Positions 1 to 9,687 of a stretch of DNA of 64,000 nt are shown here, piece by piece. The notes beneath the pieces were generated by a model. The model did not search any database, was not told where the DNA came from, and saw only the letters and a program-made list of their open reading frames with translations. The DNA is from Candidatus Magasanikbacteria bacterium CG10_big_fil_rev_8_21_14_0_10_36_32 (lineage in GTDB: Bacteria > Patescibacteriota > Patescibacteriia > Magasanikbacterales > GWA2-37-8), in the NCBI GenBank assembly GCA_002778465.1, contig PFBV01000002.1:2312-66311 (forward strand), given 5' to 3'. The position numbers were made by a program, and so were the translations under genes. The first letter of the stretch is position 1, and each line of letters begins with the position of its first letter.

Positions 1-2353
1 TGTTGGTCATCCAAAAGGATATATTGCCACCGATGTTGTCGCACGAATGAAACAGATGCAAGGGTTTAATGTTTTACATCCAATGGGTTGGGATGCCTTT
101 GGTTTGCCAGCGGAAAATTATGCTATTCAAAATAAAATTCACCCAGCTGAAGCAGTCAAAAAAAATGTTGCTACTTTCAAAAAACAATTGGAGTTGCTTG
201 GTTTTACTTATGATTGGGATAAAGAAATCAATACCACTGATCCGGCTTATTATAAATGGACGCAATGGATATTTTTACAGATGTTTAAAAAAGGATTGGC
301 TTATGAATCGTTCGCTCCGATAAATTGGTGCCCCTCTTGTCAGACAGGTTTGGCCAATGAAGATTTGGAAGAGGGGAAATGTGAACGTTGTGGTTCTTTG
401 GTTGAACAAAAACCGATACGTCAGTGGGTTTTAAAAATTACCGATTATGCCGAACGTTTATTAAATGATTTAGATAAATTAAAAAATTGGCCGGAAGCGA
501 TTAAAGAAATGCAGAAAAATTGGATTGGTCGGAGTGAGGGAGCGGATGTTGATTTTAAGATTAAAAACTTTGATTTAAAAATAAAGGTTTTTACCACACG
601 ACCAGATACTTTGTTTGGAGCTACTTACTGTGTAATCGCCCCGGAGCATGAATTAATGTCAAAACTCCAGCCCGAAATTGGCAATTGGCAGGAGGTCTCT
701 ATATATATAGAAGGCGCAAAGCATAAAACCGCCTTGGAACGGACAGATTTGGCTAAGAATAAGACAGGAATTGAGCTAAAAGGCATAAAAGCCATAAATC
801 CGGTTAATAATGAAGAATTAACAGTTTTTGTGGCTGATTACATTTTGGCTGGTTATGGCACAGGCGCGATTATGGCTGTTCCGGCGCATGATAGTCGCGA
901 CTACGAATTCGCGGTAAAATATGGTATTCCGATTAAAGAAGTAGTCGTTCCTGTTGGTGAAAATCAAAAATTAAATATCAAAAATCAAAATGACAATTCA
1001 AAATTAAAAAATGAAAATAACGAACTGAAGTCTAAAGTCCAAAGTTCAAAGCCCCAAATAATATTTGAGAAAGACGGAATCGCGGTTAACTCCGGTTTTT
1101 TGGACGGTTTACCAACTAAGGAAGCTAAAGAAAAAATGATTAAATGGTTGGAAGATAATAAATTCGGCGAGCGAAAAGTAAATTATAAATTGCGCGATTG
1201 GGTTTTTTCTCGACAGCGTTTTTGGGGTGAACCGATACCTTTAATTAAATGCGAAAAATGCGGTTGGGTTCCGGTTTCTGAAAATGATTTGCCGGTGGAA
1301 TTGCCAAAAGTTAAAAGTTATACCGCAACAGGCACGGGCGAGTCACCGTTGTCCGCTATTGAAAAATGGGTTAATACAAAATGTCCAAAATGTAGTGGTC
1401 CGGCTAAAAGAGAAACCAACACCATGCCTCAGTGGGGTGGTTCTTGCTGGTATTATCTTCGTTATATTGATTCACAAAATGATAAAGCGTTAGTTGATAA
1501 AGATAAGGAAAAATATTGGTCACCGGTTGATTTTTATGTCGGTGGCGCTGAACATGCTACTCGCCATTTAATTTATGCCCGTTTTTGGCACAAATTTTTA
1601 TTTGATATTGACGCGGTTAATTATGATGAACCATTTAATCGTCTGCAAAATGTCGGTTTGATTTTGGCGGAGGACGGCAGAAAAATGAGTAAACGTTGGG
1701 GTAATGTTATCAATCCTGATGATGTGGTTAAACAATATGGCGCTGACGCTATGCGTGTTTATGAAATGTTTATGGGACCATTTAATCAACCTTGCGCTTG
1801 GAATGCCAACGGTTTAATCGGCGCAAAAAGATTTTTAGACAAAGTTTGGTTTTTACAGGATAAAGTTGATAAAAAATTAGTGGTTAGTGGGAAAATAGAC
1901 AGCTTGGTTCATCAGACAATAAAAAAAGTGACTGATGATATTGAAACAATGCGATTTAATACTGCCATTGCTAAAATGATGGAATTAGTTAATGAAATGA
2001 ACAAAGAAACAGTAATTTCAGTTTCTAATTTTAAGTTTTTAATTTCTATTCTTTCTCCATTCGCTCCTCATATTTGTGAGGAATTATGGGCGGAACTTGG
2101 TGGAAAAGAGTTGTTGATTTTGTCTTTGTGGCCGAAATACGATGAAAAATCAGTTATGGCTGAAACTACTGTTATTGTTATTCAGGTAAACGGACGAGTG
2201 CGTGACAATATTGAATTTCAAACAGCTGATATCAGTGAGGAAGTGGCTAAAGAAGCGGCTTTATCCAGTGAATCAGTTAAAAAATATATTAATGGAACAG
2301 AAATAAAGAAAATTATTTATGTTAAAAACAAACTTCTCAATATCGTAATTTAA
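1..2353 (+). CDS. leuS: Leucyl-tRNA synthetase, 5'-partial (gene starts upstream of window)
   Basis: Translation from nt 1 reads VGHPKGYIATDVVARMKQMQGF...; class I aaRS motifs and the CP1 editing region are present; a Lys/Asn-rich insertion fits a CPR-type genome; the ORF-track ATG at 47 is internal. Confidence 0.93.
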   Translation, partial: VGHPKGYIATDVVARMKQMQGFNVLHPMGWDAFGLPAENYAIQNKIHPAEAVKKNVATFKKQLELLGFTYDWDKEINTTDPAYYKWTQWIFLQMFKKGLAYESFAPINWCPSCQTGLANEDLEEGKCERCGSLVEQKPIRQWVLKITDYAERLLNDLDKLKNWPEAIKEMQKNWIGRSEGADVDFKIKNFDLKIKVFTTRPDTLFGATYCVIAPEHELMSKLQPEIGNWQEVSIYIEGAKHKTALERTDLAKNKTGIELKGIKAINPVNNEELTVFVADYILAGYGTGAIMAVPAHDSRDYEFAVKYGIPIKEVVVPVGENQKLNIKNQNDNSKLKNENNELKSKVQSSKPQIIFEKDGIAVNSGFLDGLPTKEAKEKMIKWLEDNKFGERKVNYKLRDWVFSRQRFWGEPIPLIKCEKCGWVPVSENDLPVELPKVKSYTATGTGESPLSAIEKWVNTKCPKCSGPAKRETNTMPQWGGSCWYYLRYIDSQNDKALVDKDKEKYWSPVDFYVGGAEHATRHLIYARFWHKFLFDIDAVNYDEPFNRLQNVGLILAEDGRKMSKRWGNVINPDDVVKQYGADAMRVYEMFMGPFNQPCAWNANGLIGAKRFLDKVWFLQDKVDKKLVVSGKIDSLVHQTIKKVTDDIETMRFNTAIAKMMELVNEMNKETVISVSNFKFLISILSPFAPHICEELWAELGGKELLILSLWPKYDEKSVMAETTVIVIQVNGRVRDNIEFQTADISEEVAKEAALSSESVKKYINGTEIKKIIYVKNKLLNIVI

Positions 2354-2369
2354 TGATACACTATAATAT

Positions 2370-2759
2370 ATGTTTGGAAAAAATAAGAAAATTAAAAACG
2401 TGTTAATTGTAGAGGATGATGCTTTGTTATCGCAAGTTTTAGGTAAAGCTTTTTCTGCCGCTGGTTTTGATGTAACCGGATTAACAGAGGGAATAAATGT
2501 GGTTTCTACGACAAAAAAAATAAAACCGGCAGCGATTTTGTTGGATTTAGTTTTGCCTGGTTTGGACGGGTTTACTGTTTTAAAAAATTTAAAATCCGAT
2601 AAGGCAACCGCTTCAATTCCAGTGATTGTTATTTCCAATTTGGGAGAGGCGGCTGATATAAAGTCGGTTATGGCGTTGGGAGCTGTTGAATATTTTATCA
2701 AGGCCAATACTCAAATGGAAAAAATAATAAAATTCACGCAAAAAATAATTAAAGATTGA
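2370..2759 (+). CDS. Single-domain response regulator (CheY-like receiver)
   Basis: VLIVEDD...LLDLVLPGLDG...KA receiver motifs; 129 aa with no output domain. Confidence 0.8.
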   Translation: MFGKNKKIKNVLIVEDDALLSQVLGKAFSAAGFDVTGLTEGINVVSTTKKIKPAAILLDLVLPGLDGFTVLKNLKSDKATASIPVIVISNLGEAADIKSVMALGAVEYFIKANTQMEKIIKFTQKIIKD

Positions 2760-2764
2760 TTTCT

Positions 2765-3157
2765 ATGGCGGGTAAAAAATTAAAAGAAGTTTTGTTGGTG
2801 GTGGAAGATGATGAAATTTTGTTGAGAGCGTTATATTTGATGTTTAACAGTGGGAAATATACCATCGCCACAGCCACTGATGGAGAAACAGCTTTGAAAA
2901 TGGCTGAACGGATAAAACCCGATATGGTTTTATTGGATTTATTGATGCCAAAAATGAATGGCTTTGAATTTCTGAAAGTGTTTAAAGCGCATGATGAATT
3001 AAAAAAAATACCAGTGATTGTTTTGTCTAATTTAGGTGACAGTGACAGTAAGGAAAAAGCAAAAGCATTGGGCGCGATTGATTATTTCGTAAAAGCAAAT
3101 ATTAATTTAACTTCATTGGCAGATAAAATTAAACAAATTTTAAGCCAAAAAACATGA
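2765..3157 (+). CDS. Single-domain response regulator (receiver)
   Basis: VLLVVEDDEIL...LLDLLMPKMNG receiver motifs. ATG at 2765 is preferred; the ORF track starts at a TTG at 2756. Stop overlaps the next start (ATGA). Confidence 0.8.
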   Translation: MAGKKLKEVLLVVEDDEILLRALYLMFNSGKYTIATATDGETALKMAERIKPDMVLLDLLMPKMNGFEFLKVFKAHDELKKIPVIVLSNLGDSDSKEKAKALGAIDYFVKANINLTSLADKIKQILSQKT

Positions 3158-3975
3158 AAATTAAATGGCTCAATTTAGTTCTATGGTTAACGAATAAAGT
3201 TTATACTTTAAAAAAGAACTTGGTTGAGAGGACGGGACTTATTATTATTGTAACAGTGATAAAACTGTTAATTTTGGAAGTTGTATTGGCAATTATTTCA
3301 TTGCCACTTTATTTGGGTCTTAAAACTAAAACAACTGCCGTTTATTTGGCAGAAAAAAGCGGTTTTGGGCAGGTGGCTTTTGATTATCGTTTGCGTCGGC
3401 TGTTAACTTTAACTGGAGTTGGTGTTATTTTTTTAATTTGGACAGTAAAATTAATTTTGATTATTTCCGTACCCCGCGTTTATGGCCAGTTGCAATTATA
3501 CAAAGTCGTGAATTTTCAATCCGGCACGGGCTTGTCGCAACAGTTGATTAAAACTGAAACAGATATCCAAACCGCCAAAATTTCCAATAAAATTATTGTG
3601 CCAGTGATTGAAAATGTCACAAAAACAGGGATGGACAGTTATGCAGTATCCGGCTCAGGACAATCATTTTCCACGGTGGCAGTTATGCTAACCGGACAAC
3701 AAACAATAATTTATACCATTCAAGCTGATAATAATGGTTATTGGACAATGATTCACAATCAAAAGAATTTTAGGCTGAATGATGGAAATCATTCATTATT
3801 AGCGTTTACTTATGATAAAAAAACTGGGCAGCGCAGCGATATTTCTCCGGAACAGTTCTTTAAAGTTAAGACATCATTGATAGATCGTTTAGTGAAAAAC
3901 ATAGATACCCTGACTAATTGGTCGGTGGTTATTGTAATTTTATTGGGATTATTTTTAACCATCCTAACAATATGA
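3154..3975 (+). CDS. Membrane protein with Ig-like extracellular part; N-terminal module paralogous to that of the next gene
   Basis: 273 aa with multiple hydrophobic helices; the ISLPLY motif is shared with the N-terminus of the downstream giant protein. Confidence 0.5.
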   Translation: MKIKWLNLVLWLTNKVYTLKKNLVERTGLIIIVTVIKLLILEVVLAIISLPLYLGLKTKTTAVYLAEKSGFGQVAFDYRLRRLLTLTGVGVIFLIWTVKLILIISVPRVYGQLQLYKVVNFQSGTGLSQQLIKTETDIQTAKISNKIIVPVIENVTKTGMDSYAVSGSGQSFSTVAVMLTGQQTIIYTIQADNNGYWTMIHNQKNFRLNDGNHSLLAFTYDKKTGQRSDISPEQFFKVKTSLIDRLVKNIDTLTNWSVVIVILLGLFLTILTI

Positions 3976-6900
3976 TGATTAGTTGGTTAAAAATATTTTT
4001 TAAACTTTCCGGGCGGATTTTTGAATTGAAACAAAAATTATCCCAAACTGACAGTTGGATAAAATCTTTGCCTTACGCTTTCCTTTTGATTTTAGACGAA
4101 ATAGTTTTTGTTTTTATTTCTTTGCCGTTGTATTTTGCCGTGCCGCCCAAAAAAGTTCAAGAAAAAGGAATTTTATTTCCTTCAGCCGAACCGGAAACCG
4201 AAAGAATGAAAATGTTTTTTATCAGAAGAAAAATAAGTTTAATTGCTTTTATCACCGCATTGGGAATGTTAGTTTTAAAATTTTTGGTAATCGGCGGTAT
4301 TTCTTTTTATTTGATGGGCGGGCAATTGCTTTTGGCTGCCACTCAAGATTGGCTATTTACCGTCCCTGGCGATTATGCTTATGACAGTTCAAAAATTGAA
4401 TTTGTTGGAGGGATTGCCAGATTGAAAAATTTGGGAACAACGGTTACAGGCAGTACCACTAATGCTAATTTTAATACCAATGCTACTGGCTGGACTTATG
4501 CTGATTGGGATCAAGGCGGTGGTGAGGCGAATGTAGTTGGAACTTATGTGGCATCAGGGGGAAATCCAGGCGGATTTGTTCAAATTAATTTTCCAGTTGG
4601 TAAAAGCGATGAGTTTGGCGGATATTGGCGTCAAGGTTTTGCAATCACGGAAAATAATCCAACCGCAACCCTCAGTTTTGATTGGTCAATAACCGCTTTT
4701 GACAATACTCCCGCCCCAGTCACATTTAAACTTTATGCTTTCATAGATACAGGAACAGGTGTTCCGGTTATTGGTCAAGAAGTTTGGAAATCAGAAGAAA
4801 TTACCGCAACAAGCGCTTGGGTTTCTATGACAAATTTAAATATTTCTTCAAAAGTTACGGCCGCTGGCACTTATTATTTAAAAATTGCGGTATGGTTGGA
4901 AACCCCAAATAACAACACAGGTCCTTTTACGCTTGGTTACGATAATGTCATAGTCAATTGGTCAAAAACTACGATTGTTTATGATTCTAATCGTCCGACA
5001 ATTATACCAAACAATTCTTTAACACCGGTCAATCCGGCGATTTGGAGTTCTTTTACAGAAACAGCTACAAAAAACGGAGGAGAAATTTATTATCAGTTAT
5101 CGGCTGATAATGGTTCTACTTGGAACTATTGGAATGGTTCGTCTTGGATATCCGCCGGCGCGTCTAATTATAATACCGCCATTGTTGTTAATAATAATAT
5201 TGCCGGTTTTTCTACCAGCACCAACAAAATAAAATGGAAAGCTTTTTTGGAAAGCAATGGCAGTCAACAAGTTAGTTTAAGCAAGGTTTCCATCGGCTAT
5301 ACGGAAAATTCCGCTCCCAGTATTTCTGAAGTAGTTCCTGTTCAGCAGACAGATAAAGGCCAAGTTTATATTTCTTATAATTTAACTGATGTTGAAAGCG
5401 ACCCCTCCAGTTTAATTACTTATGAATATTCTTTGACGGGCGCTTTTTCCGGGGAACAGGTGACAATGATAGCGTCCACTACTAATCCAATGCACAATGG
5501 TGTGTCCGGTTTGTCGGCTTCTCCGTCTGGCATCTCGCATATTTTTGTTTGGGACGGAATTATTAATTTGCCCAATGTTTACAACACTAGTACTTATGTT
5601 CGTTTGCGCGCCAATGACGGTATCGCAAGTGGTGTTTATGTCACTTCTTCAGCTATTACGATTGATTATGTAGCACCGGTTATTAGTAATTTATCTGTTA
5701 CGCAAAATTCCGGCAGTGCTAATTTTGATATTTCTTATGATTTATTTGATAACACTTCTGATAATATAAATATTGTTTTAGAAATCTCTGATGATGGCGG
5801 TTTGACTTGGGTTGTGCCGACTGTGTCATCAGTCGGAGATTTGGGTTCCAGTGTTACAGCCGGTATCGGAAAAGTAATTACTTGGAATGCCGGAGTTGAT
5901 TATCCGGCTCATCAAGTTTCCAATATGCAAGTTCGTCTTTTGGTTAAAGATAAATATCAAAATCAAAGCGTTTATTTTAATTCAGTCAATTTTGAATTAG
6001 ATACTTTGGCGCCGGTGGCTGCAATTACAGTTGATTTAATGGCTCAGCCAAATGCCGGCGATACCGCAGTTTTAATTTTTGGTTCTTTTATTGAAACAAA
6101 TCCTAATTATAACAATTTTTTTGTTGGAGTAAACAATGGAGATTATGGTTCGGCCACAGTCGGTGATAGTAATACAATTTCTCCTTCTGCCCAGTTGGTT
6201 GCTACCGGTGTAACCTTAACTGGCGCTGATTATATTGGTAAAGCAAAGATTGCTCACACTGATGATTTTGGTTTTTCAACTGATAATGAAAATTTTTCTC
6301 CCAATAGTTCATATAAATATGTAAAACCTTATACTCCACCGGCGCCGACAGTAGGTAATCCGGCAGAAGGGTCGTTAGATGTCACTATCAACAAATATTC
6401 TTCTGAAGCTGATGGATTAGAATATTTAGTTTTTGAGAATACCCAATCAAAATATATTCAAGGCGATGGTTTATTAAGTGATAGTCCTGTTTGGTTGTCA
6501 TCAGGAACAATAACTGTAATCGGCTTGTCTGATCCTTTGTCGCAATATATTTTTAAAACAAAATCTCGCAACAATAGCGATGCGGCACATACTCTAACCA
6601 GTGAGAGTGAATGGTCGTCCGGCGCGTCTACTGATTATCAATCACCATCCGTAACAATCAATTCCGTTGCACAGACTATTAATGGAACTAAATATGTGAC
6701 AGTTGATTATGTTGGTATTGATTTTCAGAATGCTCAGAATAATCTGGTAGTATATGAATATTCCACCGATGGTTTTGGTTGGATGACAATGACGGAAAAA
6801 GTTGGTGTAGATTCCAACGGTGTAAGCGGTTTAAGTTTTTCTTCCGGCGGAACGGCTTTCAAATTCGCGTGGGATGTTGGAAACGATTTGTTTTTAACCG

Positions 6901-9683
6901 AAGATTCCACTGTTTATGTTCGTCTTCAATCCAACGACTCTATTAACAGTAGTAATCTATCTGTTTCGTCCGCTTTTTTTGTGGATACGGCCGGACCAAT
7001 AATTTCCAATATTAATGTTAGTCAAGCAACTTCTTCCAATAATATTATTATTAATTATGATTTAACAGATACTGCCGGAGCTGATAATTTTATTGAATTA
7101 TTAATCTCTGATGATAGTGGCAGTTCTTATGTTGTAAGCGTGTCTGCGGTTACCGGCGACATTGGCGAAGGTGTCAGTTCCGGTATTGGAAAAGAAATTA
7201 TTTGGAACGCTGGGACGGATTTTAACGGACAAGAGCAGTCTGATATGCGGATAAAAATCCGTGCTAAAGATAGATATCAAAATCAGGGAGATTTTACAGA
7301 ATCATCTGATTTTCTTTTAGACACCAAAGGGCCAATTGTTAGTGATGTAAATGCGGTTCAATCAAGCAGTACCGTGTTAATAAATTATACTTTATCTGAA
7401 AATGTCGGTTTAGTTGTGTTTGAGGTGTCTGATGACAGTGGATTAACTTGGGTGGTATCCACCAGCAGTGTCAATGGTGATATTGGCGCCGATCAATTGT
7501 CCGGTTTAAAAAATTTCCAGTGGAATGCCAAAATTAATTTTAATGATCAAGAACAAAACGATGTGATGGTTCGTATTAGGGCAACTGATTATTTTAATAA
7601 TGTGGGCGATTATGTTTCGTCGGCTATTTTTTCTTTAGATACTAAACCTCCGGTTATAAGCAATATTACCGCTAATCAAACTCTGAATACAAAAGATTTT
7701 TCATTTAGTTATGAATTATCCGATGCTTCAGCCACAGCCACCATAGTATTGGATATTTCTTCCAATAGCGGTTTGGATTGGAATGTGGCGACTAGTACTC
7801 TCTCTGGAGATTCGGGAGATAATATTACCATGGGTGTTAAAAGTTTAATTTGGAATGCTGGTACGGATTTCAATGATCAGGAGAGTAATGTTATGCGTTT
7901 ACGTTTTCGTGCCACTGATGCTTGGGGTAATGAAAGTTTATTTTTTGAATCATCCGATTTTTCAGTGGATACAGCCGCTCCATCTGGTTTGTCGGAATTA
8001 ACCAAATATAGCATTACTGCAACTTCAGTGACATTAAATTGGTCATCCGGAGTAAATGATTCAAATTTTAATCATTATGAACTGTGGTATGGCGCGAATC
8101 AAAATGATGTTTTAAACAGAGCTGGTTCTGCGGACAAGTGGGATTCATTGGATGATGTTGATTTGAATAATATTACTACAATTTCTACAATTATTTCAGG
8201 AACAAGTTTTATTACTACTAAATATATAAAAATTTGGGCGGTTGATAATTATGGCAATGAATCATCGGCGCCGGATATTTCAGTAATTTATATTCCGCCG
8301 ACAGTGACCTATGATTTAATAGTGCAGGCGCCTACCGGTTCAGGCTCAATTAATCCGGCAATTGGCACTCATACATATAGTAAAGGAACCAATGTAGAAA
8401 TTACCGCTACTCCGGATAGTGGTTGGAATTTTGGTGGTTGGATTTTGGATGATTTATCAGGAGGCAATACAAATCCATTAACTTTAATAATGAATGCCGC
8501 GCATACAATTGGCGCTGTATTTAGTGAGGAAACCGTATCTGTTCCTGAAAAACAAGCGCCATCAGGCGGCGCGCCATTAGTTGTGATTGAGGCAACAGAT
8601 ACTACTCCGCCAACCGCGCCGATTTTAACGCCGGTTGCCGGACCACTGTCTTCAACCAGGGTAAAAATTTCCGGTTTAGCCGAACCTGGTTCAAAACTTT
8701 TTTTATACGATAAGGAAAGTCTGGTGGGACAATTAAGTTCTTTGGTTGGTAACAATGGAAGATTTGAACAAACTTTTGTTTTTAATGAAGGTGAACATAT
8801 TTTAACTTCCAAGGCGGTTGACACCAAAGGAAATCTTAGTCAGATTTCAGAATCAATTACATTTGTGATTGATTTAACTCCGCCGGATGCGCCGCAAATT
8901 TTATCTCCGAAAGAAAACAGTGTTTTATTGGCTAATGAATTAGTTTTGGTTGGTTTATCCGAACCGTTAACCGTTATGGAAATTAATTTAAGAGAAAATA
9001 TTTACAATACTGTCGCCAACGAAAGAGGAGTTTGGCAATTTAACATCTTTAATGTTACTGAAATTATACAAGGACGCCAGACAGTGACTGTACGAGCTAA
9101 AGATGCGGCTGGAAATATTAGCCGGCCTGTAACTTGGATAGGTACAGTAACAGTAGTCACGACCACTGGTGCTATTTATCCGATTCAAATTTTACCACCG
9201 GAAATAATTTCTCCGACTCCGTTGGCGCCGGCATCAATAATTCGTGAAGTTAACCAAGCAATTGAGACCACAGCTATAACGACTCCGTCAGTGGTCAGTG
9301 TTGAATTTTCCGGAGCCGATGACATTATTAGTTTTGCCGGCAAAGCTAAACCCGATGAAGAAGTGATAATTTATATTCATAGTAATCAGGCGGTAGTTTA
9401 TCGTACTGTGGCGGATAATCAAGGTAATTGGCATGTTCATCATTCACAAAATGAATTGGAATTATCCTCCGGTGAGCACACGGTATATGCGGTTGGCATT
9501 AACAGTGAAACAAATCTTAAAAGTCCGCCAAGTTTGATAGGGACATTTATTATTGAAAAAAATTGGTGGGTTAATATTTATAGGCATTTTAATTTTACCT
9601 CAACTTTAATTACCATTGCTGTTTTATTGATGGTTATGTCGTGGTTGTATTGGTTACGCCGTCGGGAAACAGTTAAAATTTAA
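3972..9683 (+). CDS. Giant repeat-rich surface protein (1,904 aa from this start)
   Basis: ATG at 3972 overlaps the upstream stop (ATGA); the alternative upstream start at 3918 would give 1,921 aa. Contains an N-terminal membrane segment, a CBM-like jelly-roll region, five diverged ~105-aa repeats (SNLSVTQ...ISDDGGLTW...NAGVDY...DKYQNQ), FN3-like and Ig-like (bacterial Ig) segments, and a C-terminal TM helix with an RRRE tail. Confidence 0.7.
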   Translation: MMISWLKIFFKLSGRIFELKQKLSQTDSWIKSLPYAFLLILDEIVFVFISLPLYFAVPPKKVQEKGILFPSAEPETERMKMFFIRRKISLIAFITALGMLVLKFLVIGGISFYLMGGQLLLAATQDWLFTVPGDYAYDSSKIEFVGGIARLKNLGTTVTGSTTNANFNTNATGWTYADWDQGGGEANVVGTYVASGGNPGGFVQINFPVGKSDEFGGYWRQGFAITENNPTATLSFDWSITAFDNTPAPVTFKLYAFIDTGTGVPVIGQEVWKSEEITATSAWVSMTNLNISSKVTAAGTYYLKIAVWLETPNNNTGPFTLGYDNVIVNWSKTTIVYDSNRPTIIPNNSLTPVNPAIWSSFTETATKNGGEIYYQLSADNGSTWNYWNGSSWISAGASNYNTAIVVNNNIAGFSTSTNKIKWKAFLESNGSQQVSLSKVSIGYTENSAPSISEVVPVQQTDKGQVYISYNLTDVESDPSSLITYEYSLTGAFSGEQVTMIASTTNPMHNGVSGLSASPSGISHIFVWDGIINLPNVYNTSTYVRLRANDGIASGVYVTSSAITIDYVAPVISNLSVTQNSGSANFDISYDLFDNTSDNINIVLEISDDGGLTWVVPTVSSVGDLGSSVTAGIGKVITWNAGVDYPAHQVSNMQVRLLVKDKYQNQSVYFNSVNFELDTLAPVAAITVDLMAQPNAGDTAVLIFGSFIETNPNYNNFFVGVNNGDYGSATVGDSNTISPSAQLVATGVTLTGADYIGKAKIAHTDDFGFSTDNENFSPNSSYKYVKPYTPPAPTVGNPAEGSLDVTINKYSSEADGLEYLVFENTQSKYIQGDGLLSDSPVWLSSGTITVIGLSDPLSQYIFKTKSRNNSDAAHTLTSESEWSSGASTDYQSPSVTINSVAQTINGTKYVTVDYVGIDFQNAQNNLVVYEYSTDGFGWMTMTEKVGVDSNGVSGLSFSSGGTAFKFAWDVGNDLFLTEDSTVYVRLQSNDSINSSNLSVSSAFFVDTAGPIISNINVSQATSSNNIIINYDLTDTAGADNFIELLISDDSGSSYVVSVSAVTGDIGEGVSSGIGKEIIWNAGTDFNGQEQSDMRIKIRAKDRYQNQGDFTESSDFLLDTKGPIVSDVNAVQSSSTVLINYTLSENVGLVVFEVSDDSGLTWVVSTSSVNGDIGADQLSGLKNFQWNAKINFNDQEQNDVMVRIRATDYFNNVGDYVSSAIFSLDTKPPVISNITANQTLNTKDFSFSYELSDASATATIVLDISSNSGLDWNVATSTLSGDSGDNITMGVKSLIWNAGTDFNDQESNVMRLRFRATDAWGNESLFFESSDFSVDTAAPSGLSELTKYSITATSVTLNWSSGVNDSNFNHYELWYGANQNDVLNRAGSADKWDSLDDVDLNNITTISTIISGTSFITTKYIKIWAVDNYGNESSAPDISVIYIPPTVTYDLIVQAPTGSGSINPAIGTHTYSKGTNVEITATPDSGWNFGGWILDDLSGGNTNPLTLIMNAAHTIGAVFSEETVSVPEKQAPSGGAPLVVIEATDTTPPTAPILTPVAGPLSSTRVKISGLAEPGSKLFLYDKESLVGQLSSLVGNNGRFEQTFVFNEGEHILTSKAVDTKGNLSQISESITFVIDLTPPDAPQILSPKENSVLLANELVLVGLSEPLTVMEINLRENIYNTVANERGVWQFNIFNVTEIIQGRQTVTVRAKDAAGNISRPVTWIGTVTVVTTTGAIYPIQILPPEIISPTPLAPASIIREVNQAIETTAITTPSVVSVEFSGADDIISFAGKAKPDEEVIIYIHSNQAVVYRTVADNQGNWHVHHSQNELELSSGEHTVYAVGINSETNLKSPPSLIGTFIIEKNWWVNIYRHFNFTSTLITIAVLLMVMSWLYWLRRRETVKI

Positions 9684-9687
9684 TGAT

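Noticed and set aside
69-2707. Numerous short sense and antisense ORFs nested in leuS and the response regulator (for example 69-323, 74-265, 1284-1493, 1598-1789, 2273-2707) and similar nested ORFs throughout the window (4055-4384, 8369-8827, 29492-29755, 35550-35840 and others)
   Set aside because: They are fully embedded in well-supported longer genes, lack SDs, and are typical AT-rich-genome artefacts.
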